In this document: piece by piece, positions 34,261 to 47,129 of the stretch | How the letters are laid out: each line of letters starts with the position of its first letter | Numbering within the stretch: position 1 is the stretch's first letter | DNA from: Cladosporium halotolerans | Taxonomy: Eukaryota | Length of the DNA: 64,000 nt | Direction of reading: 5' to 3' | Assembly (NCBI RefSeq): GCF_011745625.1 | Contig: NW_027191454.1 | Coordinates: 372,001-436,000, forward strand | Translations under genes and position numbers: made by a program | The notes under the pieces: model-generated | What the model was told of the DNA's origin: nothing | Database searches by the model: none | Seen by the model: the letters and a program-made list of their open reading frames with translations, nothing else

Positions 34261-35090
34261 TTGCGAGCATACGAGTAATGAGAGTTGAACTGCAGAAAGC
34301 ATCTACACGCATTTTCAGAACTCTCCTCTTCTGGCCCGCCTCTTCGTACTAGATGATCCAGACAGCTGCATTGACGGTGCACATTGCGCTTACGTTGGCC
34401 CTCCGGGAACGGTAAAGGAGTGCCTGGACGTGGCGTTTGCCATCAGGTGATAGTCAGCATGAGATGTAGGGTACAGTATTGAGGACGACGACATTGCAAA
34501 GTACCAACGCGCCTGTGTAGTCGGAATGCTGTTTATCCGGATGTTCTCACTTGAGCGGCTTGGTTTCCTTGCGGCACGTCTCATTTTTTCTAGACCACGG
34601 CTTACCTTACTGGTCCAAGGAAACGAAGGAAGAGCGGAGCCTCCAAGGTAGTTCCCTCGGAGTTTGTCTAACCATGGGGTGGGTCATCATGCCTCCAACC
34701 AACCGTCACACTCTCGACTCGAAGCTAACCTCACTACCCGCTCAAGGGCAAGATGCACACCACGTCGCAACGGAAAGCAACAGACACAGGCAAGAGTCAG
34801 CAGAAGCATGTAGCAGCAAACAGCTTTCCAATTGTCCAACATCGCCGAACCTCGCCTCGAATCTACATCCCCGCGATCCGCAGCCAGCAAATGCTCAGTC
34901 CGACGCAGAAAGCAAAAACACCAGAGTACGGCATTATCTCGTCATTGACCCCATGACAGTCGTCGTCCCGACCGACCATAGGCCTCCACCAACGCCTCGC
35001 TTAAAACAGAGAAAAAGCCATTATTGTAGAGTAAAACAGAAAAGGGGAGAGGAGAAGAAGAAATTTGCCAGAGAAGGCCAGTGTAGTCCC

Positions 35091-36756
35091 TCAGCTGCTC
35101 ATGAAGACATGGACCATGTGGTTCTTGAGCGCGCTCTTGCCGCAGCCGACGACGACGCACTTCTTGAGCGGCGGCGGGATGCTGGGATCGAGCGCTTTGC
35201 CTTTGCCCTTTTTGCTGGCGCTGGCCCGCTCGCGGGTGGCGCATTCGCCACAGTAGGCCTGGGGTGTACGTTAGCTTTGTGGTCTGTTGGTAAAGGGATG
35301 TGAATCATGGGGGAACATACGTGGCCGCAGCTCTTCACGACATAGACCTGCTGCTTTACCTCGTCTTTGCCGACCGCAAGCTCGTCTCCGCAATTTGGGC
35401 ACACGACCTCCTCGTCCTCCGCCGGAGTGCGCGTGAAACCCTTCTCGGCCGGTGGCGGGGGCTCGTATTTCGGCGTGGGAGGCCTGTTGGGCGCGATACC
35501 GAAGCCGAGGTCGAAGCCCACGATGTTATAGTCCATCCTCACAGCCGCCACGTGACGCGGTCGGGTCGGCGGCGCGCCGGCATCACCGAAGAGCTCGTTG
35601 ACCTGCGCCTCGAGCGCCTGCCTGGTCTGGCGCGCGGCGTCCGCGCGGCGCCGGGTGGCCTCCTGGTGTTCTAGGCGTGCGGCACCGTCATTGCCGAAGT
35701 TGGTGTACTGCCCGAACCAGCCGTCGCCTGGGACGCCGCCGCGTGTGCCGCGCATGCGCTGGACCAGGCGGCCTATGCCGCCCCAGACTGGCTGGTCGCG
35801 TGTGCCGATGCCGCTGCCTGCCATTCCGGGGCGGTCGCCGTTGATGCCAGGAAGAGTGCGGGTGTCCGTGTGAATGACTTCGTCTTCGTCGTCGTCGGCT
35901 GTAAGGTCTATTGTTGCGTTGTTGTTGCTGGTATTTGCATTATGAGCCATAGGAGTTGCGGTGCGGCGGGAAGCATTGGCAGGCGTTGCACGGCGGGAAT
36001 GATGTCGCGAGAGTGGTCTCGATCCGACTATTTCCACGTCGTCAAGTTGAGTAGCAGGTGAAGGTTGCCGCATAAAACCAGGGCGCCTCAGTCCGGCTGT
36101 GGTAGGCCTTGGATGTGACTCGGGTATGAAGAGAGAATCGTCCTCCGAAAAGGCGTGAGGTTCAAAAATGTGCTGAGTGTACGTCTGAGGGGGTTGCTGT
36201 TGTTGTGGTTGTGCTTCGTCGTCGGAGTCGGCCAGGTCAATGATATTTCTCTCAAATCGCGGCAGCCGCTGCGCACGGGAAGACGATCCTAAGGGTTCAG
36301 CACCTGCCATGTCCGAAGGTGGTCTCGGCAAAGCCAGATGCGAGTATCGCATGCTTCTGTCGTGGCCCCCATCCGTGAGATCTATGGTGTCCGGGTTATT
36401 CTGCATCGCACGACCCGAGGTCCCTTCCGTGCTGGATGCTGGCATGACTGGTCTCCTAAAATCATATCCGTCACCCGGGAAGTGCGGACGCACTGGGTCA
36501 GGTGTATTTATCCTCCTCCTCTGGGACTGGTGCTCGGGGTTGTAGTAGTGGTCGTCAGGTGGCGCTTGCGAAGAGCGGGAGAAGTCGAGGAAAGAAGGCA
36601 AGTGGTCTGCGCGGTGAGATTGAGCCATGGTACTATAGGGACGCTGGGTAATTCACATGTCAGCATATGAGGTGAATGGTAGAAGACCAGGGGAGGACAG
36701 CGGCTATGGCTGCGACTGCAACTGCGCACCTTGTTGGCGGTTCTCCCGTGGTCCAT
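35091..36756 (-). CDS. SIM-rich RING protein, Slx5/Rfp-like STUbL subunit candidate; exons 36756-36730, 36643-35321, 35258-35091
   Basis: SIM-like motifs TIDLTD, IIDLAD, VEIV and TIDLTADDDEDEV. The RING CPNCG..SCGHAYCGECA..CVVVGC is completed by the 35320-35259 intron. Confidence 0.75.
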
Positions 36757-37538
36757 GGCGTCGCACAAGAAAGCGAGCCTTCCTTGGTCGGTTGAGGTGC
36801 TGAGTGGCGTGCCCAGTGCAGGCTCACTGTGTAGCGGGCATGCGTGGAGTGTGAGAAGGTGGAGGGTATTCACTCCGCGAGCGAGGGGCCGTAGGTGGTG
36901 TGTGAGTTGGGTGTGTGGGCGTGACGTCGTGGGAGCTTGCTGCGGGAGTTCAAGAGCCGACCACAGCGCAGGGTCAGCGCGGAGTACCTTAGCTTTGAGG
37001 AGACAAATGCAAGGCGTGGCAAGACGAAAGAGCGAAGCGCCACCGTCAGCTCTACCACGCCTAGCGCCAGGAAGCACTGAATATGCTATTGGGCGACAGT
37101 AGGTAGCCAGGAATGTGTCGCTCGGTACCTCGTTCTTGAGAGGCCGCTTAACGCCGTGAACAACCACGAGCGAGTGATCGCCGGCGCTAACTTTTATGTA
37201 TATTCTTGGCCTTGCAATCGCGCGCCGTCACTGATGGGTCACTCGTGCCTGAACCCAGGAACGTTTCACTTGTGAAAGTCACTGCACTTGCTTCTCCTCA
37301 AACGCAGAGCATTCGACCGATCACAATCTGTGCAGAAAGCTCGTCCCACTCATGCGATAAATTCACCTTTATGACATTGTCAAAGCCGGATACTCTATCA
37401 CAGGAGTCTCAGCCCAGCTTTAAGCTCGAGCTGCTATTCGCAAAATACTATACACGTATCTCCACCTGATGGATCCTTGTCCAACGCCAGAACGCCCTTT
37501 GCCCTCCGGTAGGCGCAAATCGCCACTTACACAACCCT

Positions 37539-39134
37539 TCAAGCAAGTACACTGACGGCGCCCTCGTCCGTCAAAGCCACAAGGCTCTTCGCTTGCGCGC
37601 CCCACTGCACGTCAACAGCCTTGACAGCCCTCCGCAGCGGCTCCGACCATGACTTGCCCTTCTTCTCGTACTGGCTGACCACCACTCCTCCCAATCCGCA
37701 GGCGGCGAGGAACTGGCCAGTGTAGTCCCATGTGAGACCAGTGATGGCTGTACCAACTTCGAGACTAACAAGCTGAGTGAGCTTGCGCAGATCCCAGACG
37801 ATGGCGCTGCTCTGGTTTTGATGTGCGGACGCGAGCCATGTGCCGTTTTCGGAGAAGGAGATTGCGGAGATTGCGGAGGGAGATGCGGCGGGGAATGTGT
37901 GGGCGAGTTGGGAGGTCTTGACGTCGTAGAGTTTGATGCTGCCGTCTGCTGCGCCGGCGGCAATAAGGTGTCCGTCGGGGTGGAATGTGACGGTAGTGAG
38001 CTCTGCAACATACAAGTCAGCGATGTCCGTGTGAAGTGTCTTCATCTGAGCTTACCAGAATCGGAAAAGATTTGGGTGAGGACGGTAGATGCGTGAAGGT
38101 CGTAGAGGACATAGCTCTTGTCTACGCCCACAGAGGCAACGATGTCGCCGCAAGGGTGCACAGCGATGGCATTAGCTGCACCAGCGTGCTGGTGGAACTT
38201 GGCCTGCGCTGAGCCCTCCACTGCAATAACAACCGCACCGCTAGACGTGGCCACCGCAATCTTGTCGTTTGCCCAAGCGCCATCTAGCACTGCGCCAGCT
38301 CCCAAGTTGCTTCTCGTGGTGAAAGCTCCGTTCTTCAGGTCGTACACGCCCACCGCGCCGTCGGAGTCGCCGCAAAGGAAGAAGTCGCCGGTCGAGTCCA
38401 CAGCGAGAGACTTGGCTCCAGTGAACTGCGAATCGATGTTGTCCTTGACTTCGTAGGACGCGACCGCATCTCCGGTAGCCCAGCCTTCGGGTACAGGTCG
38501 CTTGCGACGAGTGGCCGAGAGCCTCTGCTGCGTCTCATCGATCTTCTCCAGGACGGAAGCGGACAGACCCTGACCATCCACCTGCATGGCATCGCCATTC
38601 GCCGCGCCATTGCTACCGTTCACAGTCACGCGAGACAGCGCGTCCCGGGCCTCATCCCTCTCCTTTTGCAAGCGCGCGATCACCCTTTGCGCAGAGTCAT
38701 TGTAGTATAGCGCGGTGCTAAGCTCTTGTCTCGTCTCCGCCAGTTGCTGCTTCAGCTGGTATGTCTCAAGTATGACGGCGTCCCATTCGTTTTGGAAGGT
38801 CGACAGAAGAGCAGGAATCGAAGTGAGGGTGGGTGGTCGGGGTTTGACGGAGCGCGGCTGCTTCAGGTCGAGAAGATCGTCGATGCTGAGCTCTTCGCCA
38901 TTGACGGGGTCGGTGCCGTTCTCAGAGATGTAAGTCTCTATCAAGCGCCTCTCGAAGACATTGCCTATACCTACTGTAAGTGGATGCGCGCGTGGTGATC
39001 TGGCCGGGGTTGGCTCGACTAACCGGACTTGCGGGATACGACAGGCTGCTGCGGCGCCTCGCCGGAGACTGCGCGTAACCATTAGTGTTTGATCATCAAG
39101 CTGACGCGACGCAAGACTTACTTGCGCACTGCAT
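37539..39134 (-). CDS. PRP19: pre-mRNA splicing factor / U-box E3 Prp19 (Pso4/Cwf8), multi-exon
   Basis: Spliced start [51 protein letters not shown]; C-terminal WD40 repeats (FHPDG, FSENGTWLA). Confidence 0.96.
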
Positions 39135-40192
39135 TATTGCTGATTTGTGGTGTTGCCGCTATACGCGCGCGTACCTCGAAACTTTTGAGAAGCTCGAGGT
39201 TGGAGGTCGCAGCAGCGCAGTTCGTCCGGTATGGAGCTTGCGCAGCGTGACGAGAAGTGCGCTGTGCAGATCAGCTGCAGTATTCACTTACACGCAGCAC
39301 CTCGCCTACACATGTGCCTACAGGAAATACCCGACATTCTGCAGTATTCATCGACATGTCTGCAAGGCACCTTGTTCCCAGTAGATCTGGCTGTTCAGCA
39401 CGAAGAGGTGTGTCCGTCCACGCACTGATGCATGCCCCGGCCGGACGGACTGTGCCTGCTTGACGGTAAGGCTGAGAGATGTGCACGGGGCTAGTGCATC
39501 GCCTCTGCCTGCGTGCTGGTGATGCCACCAATACGCGGGCGGCAGGGCATCCAAGAATTTCCCCGTCTACACGAAAACGCCATGCTCTGCTGGCTCTGCC
39601 GAACGTGAACGCCACGGCGATGGACGTGCCACGTGACATCAATGTGACTTGGGAGACGGGGACGACCAATGCGCATCGCTCGATTGGTTTCGGGCCTTCA
39701 TCGCGTTGGTTGAGGCTTGGGCGTGCCGCTCCACACGCCCATGGCAACGCTGGCCTGCTAGAGCCTTCCACAAGCCAGCGAGGCAGCCTTCACGTGCCCG
39801 CGCCGCTCTCACGCGACGGCGAGGGGTGGCGCGCGAATAGCACTCATACGCGGCTCGTTGCAAACGCCTCGAACCGTTCTCGCCCAGCGCATGCAATCTA
39901 GCCCACCGCGTTCCGGCGCAGCACGATAATCGCACAACCGCTGCCACAGCCCACCCTCGGCCGTGCTCCGGCTGAACCCGGGCGACGTCAAGCTTTGATT
40001 TGGAGGGGCTCTTCACCCCACTTCACCGTGACATCAGCTGGCCCATAACAAAACTCGAAGCCCTTTCATAAGTCACCCCTCCGCCGCCTCTCCTCTCTCC
40101 CACCACAATCCATACCCTTACAACTCTGCCATCTTGCTCAATTCCACTTTGATACCCCTCTACACCTTCATACCCCCACAAGACTCTACACA

Positions 40193-41336
40193 ATGGCTCA
40201 GTCCGTCCTTTCCCGCAAGACCGGTGTCATCGTCGGTGACGATGTCCGCGCCCTCTTCAAGTACGCCCAGGAGAAGAAGTTCGCCATCCCCGCCATCAAC
40301 GTGACTTCCTCCTCCACCGTCGTTGCGTCTCTCGAGGCTGCCCGCGACGCCAAGTCCCCCATCATTCTCCAGCTCTCCAACGGCGGTGCCGCCTACTTCG
40401 CCGGTAAGGGTGTGCCCAACAAGAACCAGGAGGCCTCCATCGCTGGTGCCATTGCCGCCGCCCACTACATCCGTGGTGTCGCCCCGGCCTACGGCATCCC
40501 CGTCGTCCTCCACACCGACCACTGCGCCAAGAAGCTCCTCCCCTGGTACGACGGCATGATGGACGCCGACGAGGCCTACTTCAAGGTCCACGGCGAGCCC
40601 CTCTTCTCCTCCCACATGATCGACCTGTCTGAGGAGGAGGTCGACTACAACATCCAGACCACCGCCGCCTACCTCAAGCGCGCCGCTCCCATGAAGCAGT
40701 GGGTCGAGATGGAGATCGGCATCACCGGTGGCGAGGAGGACGGCGTCGACAACGAGTCCGTCGACAACAACTCCCTCTACACCCAGCCTGAGGACATCCA
40801 CAACATCTACAAGGCTCTCATGGCCGTCTCCCCCTACTTCTCCATCGCCGCCGGCTTCGGCAACGTCCACGGCGTCTACAAGCCCGGCAACGTCAAGCTG
40901 CGCCCCGAGCTTCTCCTCAAGCACCAGCAGTACGTGCAGGAGAAGGAGGGCCTTAAGGACGAGAAGCCCGTTGCCCTCGTCTTCCACGGTGGCTCCGGCT
41001 CCTCCAAGAAGGAGTACCTCGACGCCATCTCCTACGGTGTCGTCAAGGTCAACGTCGACACCGACATGCAGTTCGCCTACACCGAGGGTATCCGCGACTA
41101 CATGATCAAGAACAAGGACTACGTCTCCAGCCAGGTCGGCAACCCCGAGGGCGCTGACAAGCCCAACAAGAAGTATGTTTTTACACTCTGCTTCCTTCAT
41201 ATAGACCAAATACTAACAAGACTTCTCAACCAGGTTCTACGACCCCCGTGTCTGGGTCCGCGAGGGCGAGAAGACCATGACCAAGCGCGTCGCCGAGGCT
41301 CTTGCCGACTTCAACTGCGTCAACCAGCTCTCTTAA
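40193..41336 (+). CDS. FBA1: fructose-bisphosphate aldolase class II; intron 41173-41233
   Basis: FAIPAINVTSSST, HTDHCAKKLLPW, GNVHGVY, LVFHGGSGS and PNKKFYDPRVWVREGE; very strong C-ending codon bias. Confidence 0.98.
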
Positions 41337-42130
41337 GCCATTTAGTTCCCGAACTATTTTGATCTGAGAGTTACTTTGGCGACGGTGTTGAGAAAACGGA
41401 AGACAAAAAAATAAGGCGATTGATGGGAGATTGATGAAAGGCAAACCTTCGAGTTTTCGAGGCATGATATGAATCTTTTTTCTTTTTTTGATGTAGCATG
41501 TCGTAAAGACACGAGTATGAGTCCAATGAACACCAAAGTTGTACAGACTATGCCAAATATTTCTCTTGCATCATTAGTTCATTCTCGCGTCCTGCTCTCA
41601 AGTCAATGACTCATCGTAACCGGCACTAATTGATTTGTCCGCAGCCTGTGTCGGTGAGGAACTAGAAAGCTTGTACAAAAGTGCATTTAGGGCAGAAGCT
41701 CGGCCTGGTTTTAAGGTAAATCATAACAGTTGCACACAAGCTCGGCTCGCTAGACATGACGAGAGAGCTCGGGAAACAGGAGCTTCAACAATGATGTGTT
41801 ATTGTAGCCATGAGTTTTCTGGAGGGAGAGCTTTCCTATCGCTCTCGGGTTATATGCTTGTACTCGCTAATAGAATCGTGACTGGAGCAATTGCCAATAC
41901 AGGCATCTTTGCGCTCGCTGTGATATCCGGCACCCCGAACAAAGATCTCCTGCAGGAGGTGTCGTCCATCCCGCTGATAGTGGCCGTGTGCCATCTCTTG
42001 CTTATAAGAGACGTACGTCCCCACGTCTGCGGTATCTCAGGGCAGCTGAACAAGCGTAATGCTACGGTCTGCAGGCCTTCAACCTGCCCGTGCCTGCACA
42101 ACATCAGATATCCCATCCGTCCTCCTCGCC

Positions 42131-43493
42131 TTACTCCTCCATCGCCTCGCCACCCCTCTTCTCCGTCTTCACCCACTCGACAAAATCGTCAATGACGCTC
42201 GGCCAACTGCTGTCCTCGCTCCAGAAGCTCAAGCTCTCGTCCTCCTTGCTCTTCTGCGCAAACACCAGCGTCTGCCTCCATAGATCGCGGTTGACCGCCT
42301 TCCCCCACTTGTTCTTCAGGAAGTCCAAATACCACTCGAGCCAAGGCGTGCGCGGCGTGGCCCAGGGCCAAACGTCGTCGGCGAACAGCACGCGCCAGAA
42401 CCCCTCCGCCTGCTCGAGGTCGATGGCCTTCCTACGCTCCTCGATCAGCAGCGTGAACGAGTGGTTGTACACGCGCTTCAGCAGCTCCCAGTCGCGGCCG
42501 AGCTCGGCGCGGCGCGCGAGCACGTAGTTGCGGATCTTGGGCACGGAGTCGGCGTGCGCGTCGAGCAGGGCGGCGCTGCCGGCGAAGCCCTCGCGGTCGA
42601 TGACGCCGATCTGCGGCGACTTGGTGAGCTCGAAGAAGACGAGGGCGCCGACGTCGTCGAGCGGGATCTCGAGGTCTTCGAGCAGCTCGCCGGCGCCTTG
42701 GAAGTCGAGCTCGTTGGGCGAGTCTTTGGGGTTCGTGCGGTATTTGTCGAAGAGCTGGTCGAGGGCTTTGCGGGTGGGATTTGAGGCGGAGGAGGCGGAG
42801 GAGCTGCTGAAGTATCTGTTTGCGGATTCCGTGAGCCTTTTGTTGGTGTGTTTGTGCAATGAAACCCTAGTTGACAATGTGTTTCCTGGTCTTGCGATAC
42901 GGTTCTTTTCTGTTGGTAGAAAGAAGAACCACTACCCGAAGACCAAAGAAATTTGGGAATACTCACGAGTTGATGGCAGCCGATGTGTTCCAGCCATGCT
43001 TTGCCAAAAATTTCTGCGCAGTCCTCGGGTCCGCCTGCGTCACCGAAACAAACTCGGTGGTAGCATTCTTCTGCTGTGACGTGAGAGCAGGCGCCATGGC
43101 TGATTGTTATTAGCCCGGTCTCCTTCTCTTGTTCCTTCGCCTCGCTTCCAAGGTCGGCAGTCTAGGTAATGCGTCGAATAGCGGAAAATGGATGTGCAAA
43201 CGCGCGAACGCGAAAGGTGCAAAGACTGGAGAGCAGGAAAGGAGTGTGAAGGGTGAAGTCAATTGCAATTGCAGGCAGGGAACGATGACATGAAGGTGGG
43301 GGGGCTTTCGTGCTCGCGGGGTTGACGTTCGTCGCCAAAGCTGTCCAGCCTCAGGCACAAACACATCACGGTGGCCATGGGGGTGCAACGAGGTACTGGA
43401 AAGATACGTACTCTTGCTGTGTTTCGATTTTTTGGAGCTCTTTGATGTAAGATCCTGGCCACGATCGACCTCGCTGGATTTGCGCTTGCCCAT
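42131..43493 (-). CDS. DCN1: defective-in-cullin-neddylation protein Dcn1; exons 43493-43412 (possible upstream exon), 43099-42967, 42815-42131
   Basis: UBA-like segment MAPALTSQQKNATTEFVSVT..WNTSAAINSYF; PONY domain ending AVNRDLWRQTLVF..WSEDSSWPSVIDDFVEW. Confidence 0.9.
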
Positions 43494-44188
43494 GGTAGTT
43501 GTGGTTGGTCGTTGCTGTGATTGAGTGGTAAGCGAGGGAGAAAGCTGGTTGTAAGGAATAGGCGAGCAAAAGGTGTTCGCAACGGATGTTCAAAGTCAAT
43601 GGCTAGTTGAGAGTGTTGAGAGCAGTGTTGGTACTTCTAGAAGATCGCATACGGTGACATGTGCCAACGGGCCACAAGGCAGGTGAAAGCAAGGCAGCAG
43701 CAAGTCCGTGAAGGACATCGTGCGCGTCGATGCACGTGAAACAGCAGGCACGAGCAAGCAGACTCGATCAAACGTGATTTTGCGTTGCTTGTGATATTGG
43801 ACAAATACAAGAATCACTCGTGAATGGGATACACATGCGGCAATACTATTCAATTCGCCTACATGCTCGAATAGGGTACCTTGTGCGGAAAACATTATGC
43901 ATAAGAATTGTGAAGCCAAAACGCTCGCTACATAACTATGTATTGCGCATGCACCAGATGACAGATTTATGCAAAATCCTCACGCTTACCTTATGTATAT
44001 AAGGTATGTACGCTGCTCTTCAATGAGAGTCATGTATATAGCAAACGAGCATTTTGCCAGGCTTACTAACCTTGAAATCCTTCCACTCAGGTCCGTCCGC
44101 ACTTAAGGTTCGATCTTGGGCTTGTTTCCACATCCATTCACCAAATTACAAGAAGCCCGAGACTTTATTCTCAATCTCCTTTTACATC

Positions 44189-44771
44189 ATGCACGAGGGA
44201 TCTTGTGGCTGTGAAGCCATCAAGCTGAAGTTGAAAGGCGAGCCTCTTGCCGTTGTAGGGAGTTCAAAGGATCCAGCCTATCCACACCAGCTAACATCTC
44301 TCTAGGGCCTCTGTCACTGTTCCGGCTGCCGCAAATTGTCGGGCGCACCTTTCACCTACAATTTCATTGCCAAATGCTCTGATTTCGAAATCACCGGATC
44401 GCCAAAAGCAGTTGCTAGAACGGGAGAAAGCGGCGGTGCGGTGAAGAACTTCTTTTGCTCAGATTGTGGTATGTACGACACGATACAAGCTTTGTACCTA
44501 TTACTAATTGCGAAAAGGGAGCCCTCTGTTCGGTGGCACTCTAGACCCCAGTGGCGAGCTGGAAACGGTTGTGGTTAGAGCTGGCATCTTCGACGATATT
44601 GGATTTTTGCACGGACGAAGACCAGCCGTCGAGATATATACAAGTCAGCGTCTGGAATGGCTAGCTCCAGTGGACGGCTGCGCGCAGTTTGAAGGCATGT
44701 TGCCTGGAGGGCTCCCTCAAGAAGATCAGCCAGGTGTGAGAATGGAACAAGAGGAACTCCGGAGGGCGTGA
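44189..44771 (+). CDS. GFA / Mss4-like (CENP-V) family Zn-binding protein, 3 exons
   Basis: Spliced product MHEGSCGCEAI..LCHCSGCRK..FFCSDCGSPLF..PAVEIYT..W. Confidence 0.88.
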
Positions 44772-44803
44772 AGGGAAGGCTTTATGCACATCCAAGCGGC
44801 ATC

Positions 44804-47129
44804 TCAGTCACCCAACGGCATGCCCTCCACCCCGTCAACCAGACCCCTCCAGCAGTCAGCCTGAAGCTCTGCGTACTTCACACGCTCCTGCGCCCACTCC
44901 TGGTGCGCTCTCGAGATGCGCCAGATCGTACTCTGGAAGAAGACGATCTCGTCGCGCACACACTCCTTAATGAACACGCCACGAGCATGCTGATTGACAA
45001 TCGATTGCTTGTCCTGAGGCGAATCGTTAGTAATCGCTCCTCATCAAGCAAGAGCACCACTTCAAGAAAACTCACATTCACAATCGAATTCTCCACCTTC
45101 TCCGCCTCACCCGGCTTCGCCGCATCGCCCTTCGCCTTGATCCCCTGCAACTTGTTCTCGCTCTGCAGAATCCTCTTCTCCAGCTGTGGGATATTGTCCC
45201 TCGCCAAACGATCCTTGCGATCGAACAGATCCCTCAAACTCACCAGCCCGTCACGAACGCTCTTCAAATCCTCCAGCACACCTTCGTCCCACGCCCTGCC
45301 TTCGTCCTCGAGCAAGCTCTGGCTGGTACCCAGGTGCTTCGCGGTCGCCTTGATGCCCTCGTTCAGCAGCGGCACGTCGTTCTGGTCGATCGCAAAGGCG
45401 TCGTTCGTCGTCTCCGTGATGGACGTCAAGTTCATGCCGAAGCGACCGTACTCGGCCGCGATGGCCTCCTTGCGCTTGCACAGGCGCTCGACGAGGTTGC
45501 AGAGATTGATGTAGAGGTCTGCGGAGCGGCGCACGCCAGAGCGCACGGTGTCGAAGGTGTCCTGCAGGTTCTGCGGCAGGGAGTCTTCGAGCGAGGGCGG
45601 CAGCGAGCGGCCGATGAATTCTTCCTGCACGGAGATGGTGGCTTGTTTGCGCCAGACGGCGAGTTCCTGCGAGGGTTGTTAGTTACGCTGATGCTTGAGC
45701 GAGGGGTGTTTGGTGGGCGTGCTTCTACCGTCGGGACTGTTAGGAACATGACGACGAGCTGCTCTTCGCGGAGCACGGGGTGGCGGACGAGCGCGTTGGC
45801 GAAGCGGACGAGGCCTCGGCGGCGCTTTTCGATGAAGAGGCTGTCTGCAGCGATGTGGTTGCCATTGATGGCCATCCGTTTAGGCGGCAGTAGGGGCAGC
45901 TGGCGGAAAGGATAGCGTTTGTGCAGGCAGTCGAGCAGCCAGACGAAGTCAGAGTACCGACGAATCACTTTCGAGTTCCGCCTGACAGACGCGACTTCGT
46001 AATTGCGATGTTGGAACAGGAACATGCCCTCCTTCTCCTCGAGCATAGCAATCGTAATGACTTCCTCCACGCCCTTGGGAACCGTGACCCGCGGCCCAGC
46101 AGCTCGCTGAACATTGTGCGCTCCCCCATTACCCTCGCCAAACCCATCGCCCTCCTCAGGCGTCGTCCCAAACCCACCGCTCCCTCCAGCAGCAGTATAC
46201 GCATTACTCGCTCCCCACGACGAGCCCGCCTCGCTGACCCCAGTCTGCTGGCTCGCATACCCCCCACCCCCATTCCCTGCCCCATTCCCCTGCGCCGTGC
46301 TCGAAAACGCACTCGTCGTCCTCATCGCCGGCGCAGGCGCCTGCGCCACAGCAGCCCCATTAGCATGCGCATGGCCGCGATGCATCTCCGGGCTCGCCCA
46401 AGGATCGCTCTCCCCAAACCCAAAGCTCGGCTTCCTGCCAGCACCCCGTTCCCTAGCCGGCGAGCGCTGCGCGCCCTGCTGTTGCTGCACCGGCGTCACC
46501 GGCCTCTCCTCCTGCCGCCTCTGCTCAGCCTCCACCTCCTTCTTCGCCCCCAGCCCCTCCAACGCCGGCGGCAACTCCGGCAACCGCCCCCTCCTCTCAT
46601 CAACAGCATCCAGCCCCACCTCCTCGCCCTCCCTCGCCAGCCCCACCAGCGCAAACAGCACCCAGCACTGCCCCCTCCCAAGCACCCTACTCTCCCCGCC
46701 GCCGCTCACAACGCTCCAAATCCTCTCCCCGACCTCCGCCCTAACCCCGCTCCCCTCAATCACAACCCGCCTCGCCTCCGCCTCCTCAACACCATTCCGC
46801 CCCGCCGCCAGCGCGTCCCAGGCCTCCACGTAGGACTCCGGCACCTCGGCGTCGGACAGCAGCGCGCGCACGACGGACGCGCCGGAGCGGTGCGTGGGCT
46901 TGCGCGGCGTGAAGGCCGCCCAGGGCGAGGAGGCGTCGTCGTCGCCGTCGGCGGCGGCGGCGGCGGCGGCTTGGGGGTCGTCGTCGCCGAACATGGAGGA
47001 GGAGGGCGGGGGTTTGGAGGCGGCGCCGTTGGAGGTGCCGTTCGTGGGCGCGGAGGAGTCGTCGAAGAGGGAGGATTTGGCGCCGCTGCGGGAGGGCGGG
47101 CCGGCGTAGTCGTCGCCGAAGAGGGACAT
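44804..47129 (-). CDS. MVP1: sorting nexin Mvp1 (PX-BAR), 3 exons
   Basis: MSLFG start; PX domain EKEGMFLFQHRNYEV..RRYSDFVWLLDCLHKRYPFRQLPLLPPKR; BAR region DRLARDNIPQLEKRI; C-terminus QERVKYAELQAD..GMPLGD*. Confidence 0.93.

Noticed and set aside
34551..35303. 250-aa plus-strand ORF
   Set aside because: Overlaps the 3' end of the RING gene in antisense, has a non-ATG start and no recognisable motif.
40160..41209. 349-aa antisense ORF over FBA1
   Set aside because: Expected shadow of strong codon bias in a highly expressed gene; no independent domain.
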